Positions 40,032 to 49,834 are shown, numbered from the stretch's first letter. The stretch: 64,000 nt of DNA from Planctomycetota bacterium (GCA_965223505.1 CBDCWP010000010.1:142971-206970); one strand, 5' to 3'. The notes: generated by a model from the sequence alone, not told the origin. Made by a program: numbers and translations.

Positions 40032-42191
40032 ATGAAACTCCGTCGCGCCCTTTGCCTGATTGTCCTGATCTCGGCCTCCCGAGGACTCTGTGTGCCGAGC
40101 GCAGACGGCGAGGAACGGATCGAGCGGCGCGCGCCGGGCACGATCGTGCTCCGCGGCGACCCCGACCGCGTCGCCGGACACCGCATCGTGCCGGCGTTCC
40201 CGCGGCTGCGGTTCCGGCGGCCGCTCTACTTCGGCTTCCTCCCGGACGGTTCGGGCCGGCTGTGCGTGTTGGAGCAGGACGGACGCGTCTTGCTGTTTCC
40301 CAACGCCGACAACGTCGGCCCGGAGCAGGTCCACGTCGCGCTCGACATCCGGCAGAAGGTCTATCGGAAGCACAACGAAGAGGGCCTGCTCGGCATCGCG
40401 TTCCACCCGCGGTTCGCCGAGAACCGAACGCTGTTCATCCACTACTCGGCCAACGGCCCGCGCCGCGGCGTCGTCTCGCGCTTCCGGATGAATCGCGCGC
40501 GAACGAAGATCGATCCCCGGAGCGAGCGCGTCGTCCTGGAACAGCGCCAACCGTGGGGCAATCACAACGGCGGGGGGCTGGAGTTCGGTCCGGACGGGTA
40601 CCTGTACATCACGTTCGGCGACGGCGGCGCCGGCGGCGACCCCCAGGGCAACGGCCAGAATCTCGGCACGTGGCTGGGCTCGATCTTGCGCATCGACGTG
40701 GATCGCAAGTCGCCGTACGCGGTTCCGCCCGACAACCCATTCGTCAAGCACCGCGGCGCGCGCCCGGAGATCTGGGCGTACGGTCTGCGCAACGTGTGGC
40801 GATTCTCGTTCGACCGGCTGACCGGCGATCTGTGGGCCGGCGACGTCGGTCAGAACGCGTGGGAAGAGATCGACCTGATCGTCAAGGGCGGCAACTACGG
40901 CTGGAAGATCCGTGAAGGCGCGCATCCGTTCCGCGGGCAGGGCCGAACGGAAGGCTTGATCGATCCGGTGATCGAGTTCGACACCTCCCAAGCGCGATCC
41001 ATCACCGGCGGCTACGTGTACCGCGGCAAGAAGCTCCCGGGCCTCGTCGGTACGTACGTCTACGCGGACTATGCGACCGGCAACGTGTGGGGCTTGAAGT
41101 GGGACGGCGAGACGGTGCGCGAGAATCGCTTGCTCGGCCGCGGCCGCAGCGTGTCGAGCTTCGGAGAGGACGCCGACGGCGAAGTCTACTTCACGTCTTT
41201 CGACGGTCGCATCTACACGTTCACACGTCCGCGTCATGCGAACGCGGGCGGGCGATTCCCGCGCAAACTCTCCGAGACGGGTCTGTTCACCGACACCGCC
41301 GCGCTGACGCCGCACGCCTCGCTGATTCCGTACGAGGTCAACGTGCCGCTCTGGTCCGACGGGGCGGCGAAGCAGCGCTACGTCATGCTGCCGGGCATGG
41401 AGCGGGTGCGTGTCGGTGCCGACGGTCGCTTCACGTTCCCCCAGGGCACGATCTTCGTGAAGACGTTCTTCGCCGGCACCTCGGCGAAGGCCCCGCGGCT
41501 CGAGACCCGACTCTTTGCCCGTCGTGACGAGGGTTGGCGGGGCTACACGTACGTCTGGAACGAGGCGCAGACCGACGCCGAGCTGATCGACGGCCGCGTC
41601 ACGGCGCCGACCTCCGCCCAGGCGCGTCGCGCGGGACTGGCCGACCGCTGGACGTTTCCGAGCCGTTCGGACTGCATGAGCTGCCACACGGAGGCAGGGG
41701 GCTCGGTGCTCGGTTTTCGCGCGGAGCAGCTTCACCGCACGAACGAGCACTTCGACGAGGCCACCGTCAGCCGGCTCGAGGTGCTGCAGCGCATCGGCGT
41801 CTTCGAGGAAGGCGCCGACCCACGCGCCGTGACGTCGTTTCCGCGGTGGGACGACGGCAAAGCACCCCTCGACGGCCGGGTCCGCGCGTACCTGGATACG
41901 AACTGCGCGAGCTGTCATCAGCCGGGCGCGCCCGGCAACGCTCGCATCGACCTGCGGTACGACACGCCGCTCGGCGAGTCGCGCATGCTCGAGGAGCCGC
42001 CGGGCGACGACGACCTGGGCGTGCCGAACGCGCGCATCGTCAAACCGGGCCGTCCGAATCAGTCGCTGCTGCTGCTTCGCATGTTACGCACCGACGAGAA
42101 GGGCATGCCGCACATCGCCCACGAGTCGGTCGACCGCAAGGCCGTCGACCTCGTCACGCGATGGATTCGATCGCTGCGTCCGCTGAAGTAG
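40032..42191 (+). CDS. PQQ-dependent sugar dehydrogenase (GSDH/sorbosone dehydrogenase family) fused to a C-terminal dihaem cytochrome c domain (two CxxCH)
   Basis: Signal peptide. HNGGGLEFGPDGYLYITFGDGG and the other GSDH propeller motifs. CMSCH and CASCH haem-binding motifs. Confidence 0.9.
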   Translation: MKLRRALCLIVLISASRGLCVPSADGEERIERRAPGTIVLRGDPDRVAGHRIVPAFPRLRFRRPLYFGFLPDGSGRLCVLEQDGRVLLFPNADNVGPEQVHVALDIRQKVYRKHNEEGLLGIAFHPRFAENRTLFIHYSANGPRRGVVSRFRMNRARTKIDPRSERVVLEQRQPWGNHNGGGLEFGPDGYLYITFGDGGAGGDPQGNGQNLGTWLGSILRIDVDRKSPYAVPPDNPFVKHRGARPEIWAYGLRNVWRFSFDRLTGDLWAGDVGQNAWEEIDLIVKGGNYGWKIREGAHPFRGQGRTEGLIDPVIEFDTSQARSITGGYVYRGKKLPGLVGTYVYADYATGNVWGLKWDGETVRENRLLGRGRSVSSFGEDADGEVYFTSFDGRIYTFTRPRHANAGGRFPRKLSETGLFTDTAALTPHASLIPYEVNVPLWSDGAAKQRYVMLPGMERVRVGADGRFTFPQGTIFVKTFFAGTSAKAPRLETRLFARRDEGWRGYTYVWNEAQTDAELIDGRVTAPTSAQARRAGLADRWTFPSRSDCMSCHTEAGGSVLGFRAEQLHRTNEHFDEATVSRLEVLQRIGVFEEGADPRAVTSFPRWDDGKAPLDGRVRAYLDTNCASCHQPGAPGNARIDLRYDTPLGESRMLEEPPGDDDLGVPNARIVKPGRPNQSLLLLRMLRTDEKGMPHIAHESVDRKAVDLVTRWIRSLRPLK

Positions 42192-42194
42192 CGC

Positions 42195-43178
42195 CTACAA
42201 GAACTTGGTCTTGAGCTTCTCGGCGATCTTCTGCGCTTCCTGGCCTGCCTTGGTGTTCTCGTACTTCTTCTTCGTCAGCGACTTGATGATGGCGTACTGC
42301 TTCTTGTAGTTCGACTCTTCCGCCATCTTCGCTTTGGCCTTCGCGAGCTTCTTGCTGGCATCCACCTCGAGCTTGAGCTCCTTGTCCTTCAGGATCTCCT
42401 TGGCGGCGGCCTGCGCCTGCTTGCCGTAGTCGTGCCCCTTGAACTCCTTGGCGACGCGCTCGTAGGCGAGGAACGCGTCGTACACGTTGCGCTCGCGCAG
42501 CGCCGCCGCCGCCTCCTCGAGCGAAGAGGTCGCGGTCCACTCCAACCAGGCCTTGATCTCGTTCGCGGCTTCCAGCTCGTCGCCTTCGACCTTTTCGCCC
42601 TCGATGGCCGCGTTCACCTTCTTGAGCGCGTCGGCGAACTTCTGCTTGCCGATGGCCTTCTCGACCTTCGAGAGCGACGCCGGGAACGCCGGAAGGAGCC
42701 GGATGCTCGCCAGGGCCTCCTCGATCATCTCGGTGGTGACGGACGCCGGGTGGTCCACGACGAGCACCTTGCCGCGCGCGTCGATCAGAACCGCCGAGGG
42801 GTAGCTGTTGCGGCCGTACGCCGCCATGGAGTCGGTTTTCTCGCTGATGATCGGGTGCTTCGCGTCGGTCTTCTCGATGAACGCCTCGATGCGCGATGCC
42901 GGTTCCTTCGAGATGGAGATGACCGTCAGGCCCTTGGGGCCGTACTTCTCGTGAAGCTCGTCCAGGTGACCCACCTGGTTCACACACGGGCCTCAGGTCG
43001 TTGCGAAGAGCTCGAGGAACACGACGCGCCCGCGCAGGTCCTCGAGGGTGACCGGGTCGGTGTTGAAGAACTCGTCGCCCTCGAAGGCGGCGGCGGGATC
43101 CCCGACCCCGGCGACGGCCGAGGTGCTGGACAGGAGGAGAACGCCGAGGACGGCGCCTGCAACGGCGATCTTGCTCAT
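42195..43178 (-). CDS. Secreted TlpA/ResA-like thioredoxin-fold protein with in-frame TGA at the catalytic Cys position (candidate selenoprotein, U-G-P-C motif) and a C-terminal Lys/Ala-rich helical extension
   Basis: Two same-frame ORFs (42993-43445 and 42195-42983) are separated only by TGA at 42993-42995. Signal peptide MSKIAVAGAVLGVLLLSSTSAVA. Context VVFLELFATT-TGA-GPCV aligns with WCxxC. Hairpin immediately downstream of the TGA. Confidence 0.7.
42962..42978 (-). promoter_or_regulatory. bSECIS-like hairpin (CCAGGUG-GGU-CACCUGG; 7-bp stem, GGU loop) starting 15 nt after the in-frame UGA
   Basis: Perfect inverted repeat read directly from the sequence. The position relative to the UGA fits bacterial SECIS geometry. 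Confidence 0.5.
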
Positions 43179-43231
43179 CGAACACTCCAGATCGAGTTGC
43201 CGCGAGTATAGCGCTACGCGCCGAAATCCGG

Positions 43232-44332
43232 CTACGCGCTCGTCAGCACCACGGCGCCGGCTTGCCCGAGAAGGCCGCCGGTCAGGACCAAGACCCCGTT
43301 CGAGGCCCGTTGGGCGGCCAGCGCGACGACGATCGACTCGTGGGCTGCGGCGAGATACCCCAAGTGCTTCGACGGCGTCCAGGCCTCGGCTTCGAGCGTC
43401 GCAACGGCCGCGTCCGCCTCGGCGCGGGCCGCCGCGGTCGCGCACGGGGGCGTCACGACGAGGGCGATCCGCGCTCGGCGCGCGTCACGCAACGCGCCCT
43501 GAAGCGCCGCCGCCAGCGTCTGTCGTTCGGGCCCGTAGCCCACCGCCGGCCCCGTTGACGCGGCCGATCCGGCGATGGTCGCGAGCGGACGCGCGCCGCG
43601 TCGCTCCGCGTGCGCGCGCGTCTCGATCACCAACGCGCCCGCGCCGTCGCCGGGCTCCAGCGCGTCGAGCTCGAGCTGATCGATCTCGTGCAACGCGACG
43701 GGCGCGCTGCCGACCGACGCGCCGACGACGACGGCGAGGTCGAGCCGTCCGGTCGCAACGGACCGGGCTGCGAGCGAGAGCAGGTGTTGCGACGTCGCGG
43801 AGAACCCCGCCACGCTCGTGTTCGCGCCTTGCAGCTCGTACCAGGTAGCGAGAAACGAGTAGACGTTGTTCTTCAGGTTCTCGAGCAGGAAGAACGGCTT
43901 CACGCGGCGCGCGCACGCCTGGTTGAGGGTCTTTGCCTCGTACGTTCGCCCTTCCGGGTTCGCGGCCACGAACCCCGGCCGGAAGTCCAGGCACGCCCAC
44001 TCGGTTGCGTCGCCCTGTGCGAGATAGAGTCCCTTTCTCGGGCCCGCGATCTCGCCGCCGTCCAGCCCGGCTTGCAGCGCCGCCTCGCGCGTGGCGTCCA
44101 CGGCGAACCGGCCGCTGGCGCTCAGGAACTTGATCTGGCTCTCGAGGTCGCGCGGCACGTCGCAGTGGATCGACGTGTCCTCGATGCGCGCGCCGCGAAC
44201 GGGCGTTGCGCCGTAGAGATTGCGAACGGCGGACGCGCCGGATGTCAGTTGCGACGTCGTGGTATCCACGCCCCGCCCGAGCGCGGTGACGACACCGGCG
44301 CCGGTGATGACGACGTCGCACTTGTCGTTCAC
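43232..44332 (-). CDS. Ketosynthase-like protein lacking the active-site Cys (chain-length-factor-like)
   Basis: GTG start in GTGA overlap with the upstream dehydratase. Thiolase/KS fold, with VAGFSATS in place of the CSS nucleophile. Confidence 0.8.
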   Translation of the reverse strand: MNDKCDVVITGAGVVTALGRGVDTTTSQLTSGASAVRNLYGATPVRGARIEDTSIHCDVPRDLESQIKFLSASGRFAVDATREAALQAGLDGGEIAGPRKGLYLAQGDATEWACLDFRPGFVAANPEGRTYEAKTLNQACARRVKPFFLLENLKNNVYSFLATWYELQGANTSVAGFSATSQHLLSLAARSVATGRLDLAVVVGASVGSAPVALHEIDQLELDALEPGDGAGALVIETRAHAERRGARPLATIAGSAASTGPAVGYGPERQTLAAALQGALRDARRARIALVVTPPCATAAARAEADAAVATLEAEAWTPSKHLGYLAAAHESIVVALAAQRASNGVLVLTGGLLGQAGAVVLTSA

Positions 44333-44781
44333 GACGACTCCGGCGCGCCGCGAAGCATGTCGAACGACCGCCGGGCCGCCTCTCGCGAGGCGAGATCCTC
44401 GAGCGCGGTCACCCGTGCTTCGAACTCGATCACGGCGGCGCGTTCGCCCTCGACCGACGCCTCGGCCCGGTAGGCGCGGCGTGCTTCGTCGTCCGACGCC
44501 GTCCGCTCGATCGACAGGTCCACGCGGTCGCCCGGCGCGGCGAACCGGTAATAGCGGGCGGAGACGACGCGATCCAAGAGCACCCAACGCTCGAACGCCG
44601 AGGACGACGCCTCCATCCAGCCGGCGAGCTGTGCGAGCGCCTCGAGAATCAGCATGCCGGGCAGGATCGGCCGCTCGGGAAAGTGCCACTCGAGGTAGTC
44701 CTCGCTCATGGCCACGTTCTTCCAGCCGGTTGCGCGGTCGGCCTCGATGGACCGGATCCGATCGACGAGCAGGTACCTCAT
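44329..44781 (-). CDS. FabZ/FabA-like hot-dog beta-hydroxyacyl-ACP dehydratase
   Basis: Motifs LLVDRI and EWHFPERPILPGMLILEALAQ. ATGA overlap with upstream acpS. Confidence 0.8.
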   Translation of the reverse strand: MRYLLVDRIRSIEADRATGWKNVAMSEDYLEWHFPERPILPGMLILEALAQLAGWMEASSSAFERWVLLDRVVSARYYRFAAPGDRVDLSIERTASDDEARRAYRAEASVEGERAAVIEFEARVTALEDLASREAARRSFDMLRGAPESS

Positions 44782-45176
44782 GCGCCCGCCCTCTGGAGGA
44801 TCACCGATGCCATGGCGTGCGCGCCGGTGTGGGTCAACGAGACCGACGCTGCTCCGAGCGCCTGCGTGCGGGCGACGCGCAGCGGCCGTCCCGAGAGCCG
44901 AAGCGTCGGCGCGCGGCCTTCCCGCACGACTTCGATCTCCTTGAGCGCGCGGTCGATGCCGGTGGGCGTGATGCCGATGCCCAGCGCCTTGAGCGCGGCC
45001 TCCTTCGCCGCGAAACGGGCCGCGAAGTGCGGCAGCGGATCCGGGTGTCGCCGGCAATAGCTGCGCTCGTCGTCGGTGAACACGCGCGCCTCGAACGCTG
45101 CGTGCCGCGCCATCACATCGCGCAGATGCGCGACGTCGACGAGGTCGATGCCGTGGCGAACCGAGCCCTTCTTCAT
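44778..45176 (-). CDS. acpS: Holo-ACP synthase (AcpS-type 4'-phosphopantetheinyl transferase)
   Basis: GIDLVDV...AAKEAALKALG signature. ATGA overlap with fabG. Confidence 0.85.
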   Translation of the reverse strand: MKKGSVRHGIDLVDVAHLRDVMARHAAFEARVFTDDERSYCRRHPDPLPHFAARFAAKEAALKALGIGITPTGIDRALKEIEVVREGRAPTLRLSGRPLRVARTQALGAASVSLTHTGAHAMASVILQRAGA

Positions 45177-45928
45177 GCGACCGACATCCCTCCGTCGACC
45201 AGGAAACCCTGGCCCGTAATGTAGGCGGCGTCGTCCGAGCAGAGGAAGAGGACCAGGCCCGCCACGTCTTCCGGCGTGCCGAACCGTCCGGCCGGAATGC
45301 GTTCGAGGACCTGATCGCCGGCACGCCGCTTGACCACCGCCGTCATGTCCGTGTCGATGAAGCCGGGCAGAACCGCGTTGGCCTGGATATTGCGCCCCGC
45401 CATCTCCAGGGCGGTGGCGCGCGTGAACGCGAGCACGCCGCCTTTGGCCGCGGCGTAGTTGGCCTGCCCGACGCCGCCGCGCACCGAGCTGATCGAGGCG
45501 ATGTTGACGATGCGACCGGCGCGCGCGCGCATCATCGGCCGCAGCGCGGCGCGCGTGCAGAGATAGACCCCCGTGAGATTCACGTCGATGACGCGCTGCC
45601 AGTCCTCGGGTCGCATCGTGAGCAGCAACGTGTCCTTCACGATGCCGGCGTTGTTCACGAGCGCGTCGAGGCGACCGTGGTCATCGAGCACACGTTCGAA
45701 GAGCGCGCGTACGCCGTCTTCGTTGCCGACGTCGGCCCGGACGGCTTGGGCGCTGCCGCCGGCGGCCTCGATCTCCGCGACCAAGGACGCGGCGTCATCG
45801 GCGGACGACGCGTAGTTGGCGATCACGTGGGCGCCGTTCGCTGCGAGACGCCGGGCCACCGCCCGTCCGATGCCGCGGGAAGCGCCCGTCACGAGCGCGA
45901 CGCGGTCATGCAGGTTGTCGCGAATCAT
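45173..45928 (-). CDS. fabG: 3-oxoacyl-ACP reductase (FabG-type SDR)
   Basis: TGASRGIGRAVA cofactor motif, NNAG, and catalytic S...YAAAK. ATGA overlap with the upstream KS. Confidence 0.9.
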   Translation of the reverse strand: MIRDNLHDRVALVTGASRGIGRAVARRLAANGAHVIANYASSADDAASLVAEIEAAGGSAQAVRADVGNEDGVRALFERVLDDHGRLDALVNNAGIVKDTLLLTMRPEDWQRVIDVNLTGVYLCTRAALRPMMRARAGRIVNIASISSVRGGVGQANYAAAKGGVLAFTRATALEMAGRNIQANAVLPGFIDTDMTAVVKRRAGDQVLERIPAGRFGTPEDVAGLVLFLCSDDAAYITGQGFLVDGGMSVA

Positions 45929-47154
45929 GCGTCGTCTCCGAAAGCCCGCACCGCCAAGACGGCGTTCTGTCCGCCGAACGCGAAGGAGTTGTTCAGCGCG
46001 GCGGTGACCACCGCTTGCCGGCTCGCGTCCGGGACGAGGTCCAGATCGCATGCCGGGTCCGGTTGCGTCAAGTTGCGTGTCGGCGGCACCGCGCCGCGGC
46101 GGATGGCGAGGACGCAGAAGATGAACGCGACGCCGGCCGCGGCCGAGAGCAGATGGCCGATCGCGCCCTTGCCGGACGACACGGCCAACGCGGCGGCGTG
46201 ATCCCCGAACACCGTGTGGATCGCCCGGACCTCGGCGGGGTCGTTGCGCTTCGTCCCGGTCCCGTGGGCGTTGACGAACTGGACCTCGCTCGGCGCGAGT
46301 CCGCCGTCGCGCAGCGCGGCGTCCATGGCTTCCGCGGCGCCGCGGCCGTCCGGCGGCGGTGCGGTCGTGCGATAGGCGTCCAGCGAGGAGCCGTAGCCGG
46401 CCACCTCGGCGTAGATGCGCGCCCCACGGGCGCGGGCGTGTTCGAGCTCCTCGAGCACGACGCAGCCGGCGCCCTCGCCCATGACCAGCCCCGAGCGCTT
46501 GCGGTCGAACGGCTTGCAGGCCGCGGCCGGATCGTCCCCGACCGAAGCGGAGGCGCCCAGCAGCACGAAGAAGACGAGTCCCAGCGGGTTGATCATCGAG
46601 TCCGCGCCGCCGGCGATCATCCAGTCCGTCTCGCCCCGGCGAATGCTGCGAAACGCGGCGCCGAGCGCCTGGTTGGACGCGGAGCAGGCCGTGGTCACCG
46701 CGTGCACCGGACCGCCGAGACCCAATTCCCGGGCCAACAGTACGGCCGGCAGCTCCGCCGTGTTGCGGATCAGACTCTCCGGATGGACCGCCGCCGCATC
46801 GTCGACGCCGACGTCCTCGAGCCGGTGGACGCCGGGGCCGGAACCCAGGATCACGCCGGCCCGGTCGTGCGCCCCGCGTTCGATGCCGGCGTCGGCAGCC
46901 GCGTTCGTTCCGGCGGCGACGCCGAACAGCGTGCGCAGATCGCATGCCGCGGCGGCAGGCAGGGAGGTGCGCAGGCGCTCGACCACGGCGTCGTCGACCT
47001 CGCCGACCGCGCCCGTGGGGGGGCGCGTCGCACCGTGCCGCCGCGACGCCGTGACGCCCGCGTCTCCGCCCAGCATGCGCTCCCACACCGTGTCCACGTC
47101 GTCTCCGAACGGTGTGACCAGCCCCAGCCCTGTGATGACCACGCGCCGGCTCAT
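45925..47154 (-). CDS. Beta-ketoacyl-ACP synthase (KS, active-site Cys present)
   Basis: TTACSAS nucleophile, NAHGTGT and GHLLSAAG His motifs. ATGA overlap with the upstream dehydratase. Confidence 0.9.
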   Translation of the reverse strand: MSRRVVITGLGLVTPFGDDVDTVWERMLGGDAGVTASRRHGATRPPTGAVGEVDDAVVERLRTSLPAAAACDLRTLFGVAAGTNAAADAGIERGAHDRAGVILGSGPGVHRLEDVGVDDAAAVHPESLIRNTAELPAVLLARELGLGGPVHAVTTACSASNQALGAAFRSIRRGETDWMIAGGADSMINPLGLVFFVLLGASASVGDDPAAACKPFDRKRSGLVMGEGAGCVVLEELEHARARGARIYAEVAGYGSSLDAYRTTAPPPDGRGAAEAMDAALRDGGLAPSEVQFVNAHGTGTKRNDPAEVRAIHTVFGDHAAALAVSSGKGAIGHLLSAAAGVAFIFCVLAIRRGAVPPTRNLTQPDPACDLDLVPDASRQAVVTAALNNSFAFGGQNAVLAVRAFGDDA

Positions 47155-47594
47155 GCGCCGAGGACCCCGCCGTAGTACGCGAACCGCTTCCGCAGGACGT
47201 CGGGTTCGGGATGGGGGAGATGACCGTACAAGACCCGGCCGATGCGCGCGACCTCGACCCCGTCGACCTCAGCCCACGCGTGCCCGATCGACCCCTTGGG
47301 GTTCGTGCCCCGTAGCTCGCCGAAGAGCGTCAGCGTGCGCCCGGGACCGATCTCGGGGACCACCTCGACGTCCTCCAGCACCGAGAGAACGACCATGAGC
47401 GTGTAGTCGTGGCGGTGGATCGCGAGCCAACCGAGGAGCTGCACCATCGCCTCGATGATCAGCGACGACGGCACGAGCGCCCTGCGATCGAAGTGGCCGC
47501 GCAGGTACTCCTCGGAGATCGACAGTGACTTCACGCCCTCGATGCGGTTGCCGGGCTCGAAACGGGTGACGCGGTCGAAGAGAAGGAATCTCAC
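47151..47594 (-). CDS. FabZ-like hot-dog dehydratase
   Basis: GTG start (GGAG Shine-Dalgarno) in GTGA overlap with the upstream stop. Sequence FLLFDRVTRFEPG...LGWLAIH. Confidence 0.75.
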   Translation of the reverse strand: MRFLLFDRVTRFEPGNRIEGVKSLSISEEYLRGHFDRRALVPSSLIIEAMVQLLGWLAIHRHDYTLMVVLSVLEDVEVVPEIGPGRTLTLFGELRGTNPKGSIGHAWAEVDGVEVARIGRVLYGHLPHPEPDVLRKRFAYYGGVLGA

Positions 47595-48541
47595 GGCGAC
47601 TCCAACAGGATCGCAGCGCAACCGCCGTGGCTGGCCCGCGTGAGCACGAGCGCGCTGCCCGCGCCGGTCGCGTGGAAGTGGTCCACGCAGGCGACGAGAT
47701 CGACGAGCGGTTCCGCCGCGCCGCGGCTCGAGCGCACGGCGCCGCGTTGCTCGACCAGCGCATCGGCGAGGCCGTAGGCCTGGAGCTCGAACCACAGGTC
47801 CAGTGGCGCGCGGACGTGCCCGACGCTCTGCGGATCGCGTTCTCGAAGCACCGTGCGAATGGCGCGCGTGCAGGCGTCGCCGGAGCCGTACTCGAAGGTC
47901 GACGTTCCCGCGACGACGAAGGCCAGGGCAGCGACCCCTCGATCCTTCGCCGACGCCTCCGACTCGAGCACGCACGCCGCGCCCGCCTGCTCGCGTTCGG
48001 CCGGCTCACCCCGCAGCGCGTCCCGTAGCCGGGCGGGCGTCGTCAGGTCCTCGGACACGCCCGCGCACAGCGCGGCCTGTGCGGCGCCTTCGTCGATGGC
48101 GTGATGGGCTTCGATGAGCGCGCGCATGCCGGCATCGGACTCGCTGGCCAGGACGGCGTTGTCTCCGCGAATGCCGAGGTCGGTGGCGATCTGTCCCGCC
48201 GCGACGTTGTTCAGCATCGCGAGCGGCCACAACGGGTGAATCGAACGGTACGCGCCCGCGAAGAAGCGGGCTTCGTCGATCCGCCCGTCCACGCGCGACG
48301 CGTCGGCGGCCGCGACGAGATCGTCGGCGCCGTCGACCATGCCCATGCCGAAGAAGAGCCCCACGCGGCGCGGGTCCAGCTCCTGCAGACGTCCCCGGCG
48401 GTACGCCTCCGGCGCGACCGTCTCCAACATCCGACCGTGCGCGCCGAGAATGCGGAGCGCCGGATCGGCATCGACGTCCATCACGTCCGACGACGCCATG
48501 TCGCTTCGACACGCGGCCGTGATCGCGACGCGCCCGGCCAT
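47591..48541 (-). CDS. KS-fold protein without catalytic Cys (chain-length-factor / KS-beta-like)
   Basis: LASESDAG in place of the Cys nucleophile. Start overlaps the upstream KS stop by 1 nt (TGATG). Confidence 0.8.
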   Translation of the reverse strand: MAGRVAITAACRSDMASSDVMDVDADPALRILGAHGRMLETVAPEAYRRGRLQELDPRRVGLFFGMGMVDGADDLVAAADASRVDGRIDEARFFAGAYRSIHPLWPLAMLNNVAAGQIATDLGIRGDNAVLASESDAGMRALIEAHHAIDEGAAQAALCAGVSEDLTTPARLRDALRGEPAEREQAGAACVLESEASAKDRGVAALAFVVAGTSTFEYGSGDACTRAIRTVLRERDPQSVGHVRAPLDLWFELQAYGLADALVEQRGAVRSSRGAAEPLVDLVACVDHFHATGAGSALVLTRASHGGCAAILLESP

Positions 48542-49830
48542 CAAGCAGCCGGTCCCAGGCACAGACAGCCGTTCTGCCCGCCGAACCCGAACGAACTGGA
48601 GAGCACGACCGAGTGTTCCATCTCGCGCGCCTCGTTGGGCACGTAGTCGAGGTCGCAGCGCCGGTCGGGAAACTCGTAGTTGATCGTGGGGAGCACCACG
48701 CCGTCGCGCATGCCGCGAAGGCTCAGGATCGCTTCGATCGCGCCCGCGGCGCCGATCGTGTGCCCGAGCATGCTCTTGTTGCTGGAGACAGGCACCCGCG
48801 CGGCGCGCCCGCCGATCACGCGCTTGATCGCGAGCGTCTCGACGGGGTCGTTGGTCGGTGTCGAGGTGCCGTGGGCGTTCACGTAGTCGACGTCGTCGGG
48901 CGTGAGCCCGGCGTCGCGGATCGCGCGCCGCATGGCGAGCACGGCCCCGTCGCCGCGCGGATGCACGTCGGTGATGCGATAGGCGTCGGCCGAGTCTCCG
49001 TATCCGAGGATCTCGCCGAGCGCGTCCACCCCCCGCGCGCGTGCGTTCGCGAGCGTCTCCAGGATCAAGATGCCGGCGCCTTCGGCGATCACGAAGCCGT
49101 TGCGCTTTCGATCGAACGGTCGGGACGCGGCCTGCGGCGATGGATAGCGCCTGGTGAGCGCACCGAGAATGGCGAACCCGAGGTAGCCCGAGTAGGACAG
49201 CAACGGCTCGGCGCCACCGGTGACGACGGCGTCGGCGCGGCCCTCCCGTAGGAGCCGTGTCGCCTCGCCGATGGCCTGCGCACCCGCGGCGCACGCGCTC
49301 ACGATCGGCAGCGCCGCGCCGCGCGCGTCGACGTAGTTCGCCAACAGCGCCGGCGCCGCGTCGGGCTGACGGACGGTGAATTGGCGGCTGTCGTACTGCG
49401 CCTCCCCGGCGAGGCCGGCGGCGTCCAGCACGCCGTCGTCGTCGGTATGGCGAACGTAGCGGTCGATCTCGGCGATGCCGGGGGTCGAGCCGTGGCCGCC
49501 GAGCACGACGGCGACGCGGGTGCGGTCCTCGATCTCGTCGAGCTTCGCGGTGCGGCGCGCGTCGTCGGTGGCCGTGCGTGCGAGGCGTAGCTCGGAGCCG
49601 CCCCGCTCGTCGTCCGGGTGCGGCGGCGCGAGATCGTCGTCATCGATCTGGCCGGCGATGTCGCACGGCAGGCCCGTGGCGTCGAAGCGGCGCACGACGT
49701 CCACGCCCGAGCGGCCCGCGCGCATGGCCGCGAAGACGTCGTCCAGGTCGCGGCCGAGCGGTGTGACGAGCCCCATGCCGGTGACGACGACGCGCTGCCG
49801 CGGGTCGATGTCGTCACGGCCCGCGAGCAC
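48541..49830 (-). CDS. Beta-ketoacyl-ACP synthase II (FabF-like)
   Basis: VVVTGMG, SACAAG nucleophile, NAHGTSTP, KSMLGHTIGAAG. Confidence 0.9.
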   Translation of the reverse strand: MLAGRDDIDPRQRVVVTGMGLVTPLGRDLDDVFAAMRAGRSGVDVVRRFDATGLPCDIAGQIDDDDLAPPHPDDERGGSELRLARTATDDARRTAKLDEIEDRTRVAVVLGGHGSTPGIAEIDRYVRHTDDDGVLDAAGLAGEAQYDSRQFTVRQPDAAPALLANYVDARGAALPIVSACAAGAQAIGEATRLLREGRADAVVTGGAEPLLSYSGYLGFAILGALTRRYPSPQAASRPFDRKRNGFVIAEGAGILILETLANARARGVDALGEILGYGDSADAYRITDVHPRGDGAVLAMRRAIRDAGLTPDDVDYVNAHGTSTPTNDPVETLAIKRVIGGRAARVPVSSNKSMLGHTIGAAGAIEAILSLRGMRDGVVLPTINYEFPDRRCDLDYVPNEAREMEHSVVLSSSFGFGGQNGCLCLGPAA

Positions 49831-49834
49831 GGGG

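Noticed and set aside
42154-43185. 343-aa ORF overlapping the thioredoxin-like gene in another frame
   Set aside because: Arg/Gly/Pro-rich nonsense translation; the Trx-like frame carries the recognisable motifs and a signal peptide.
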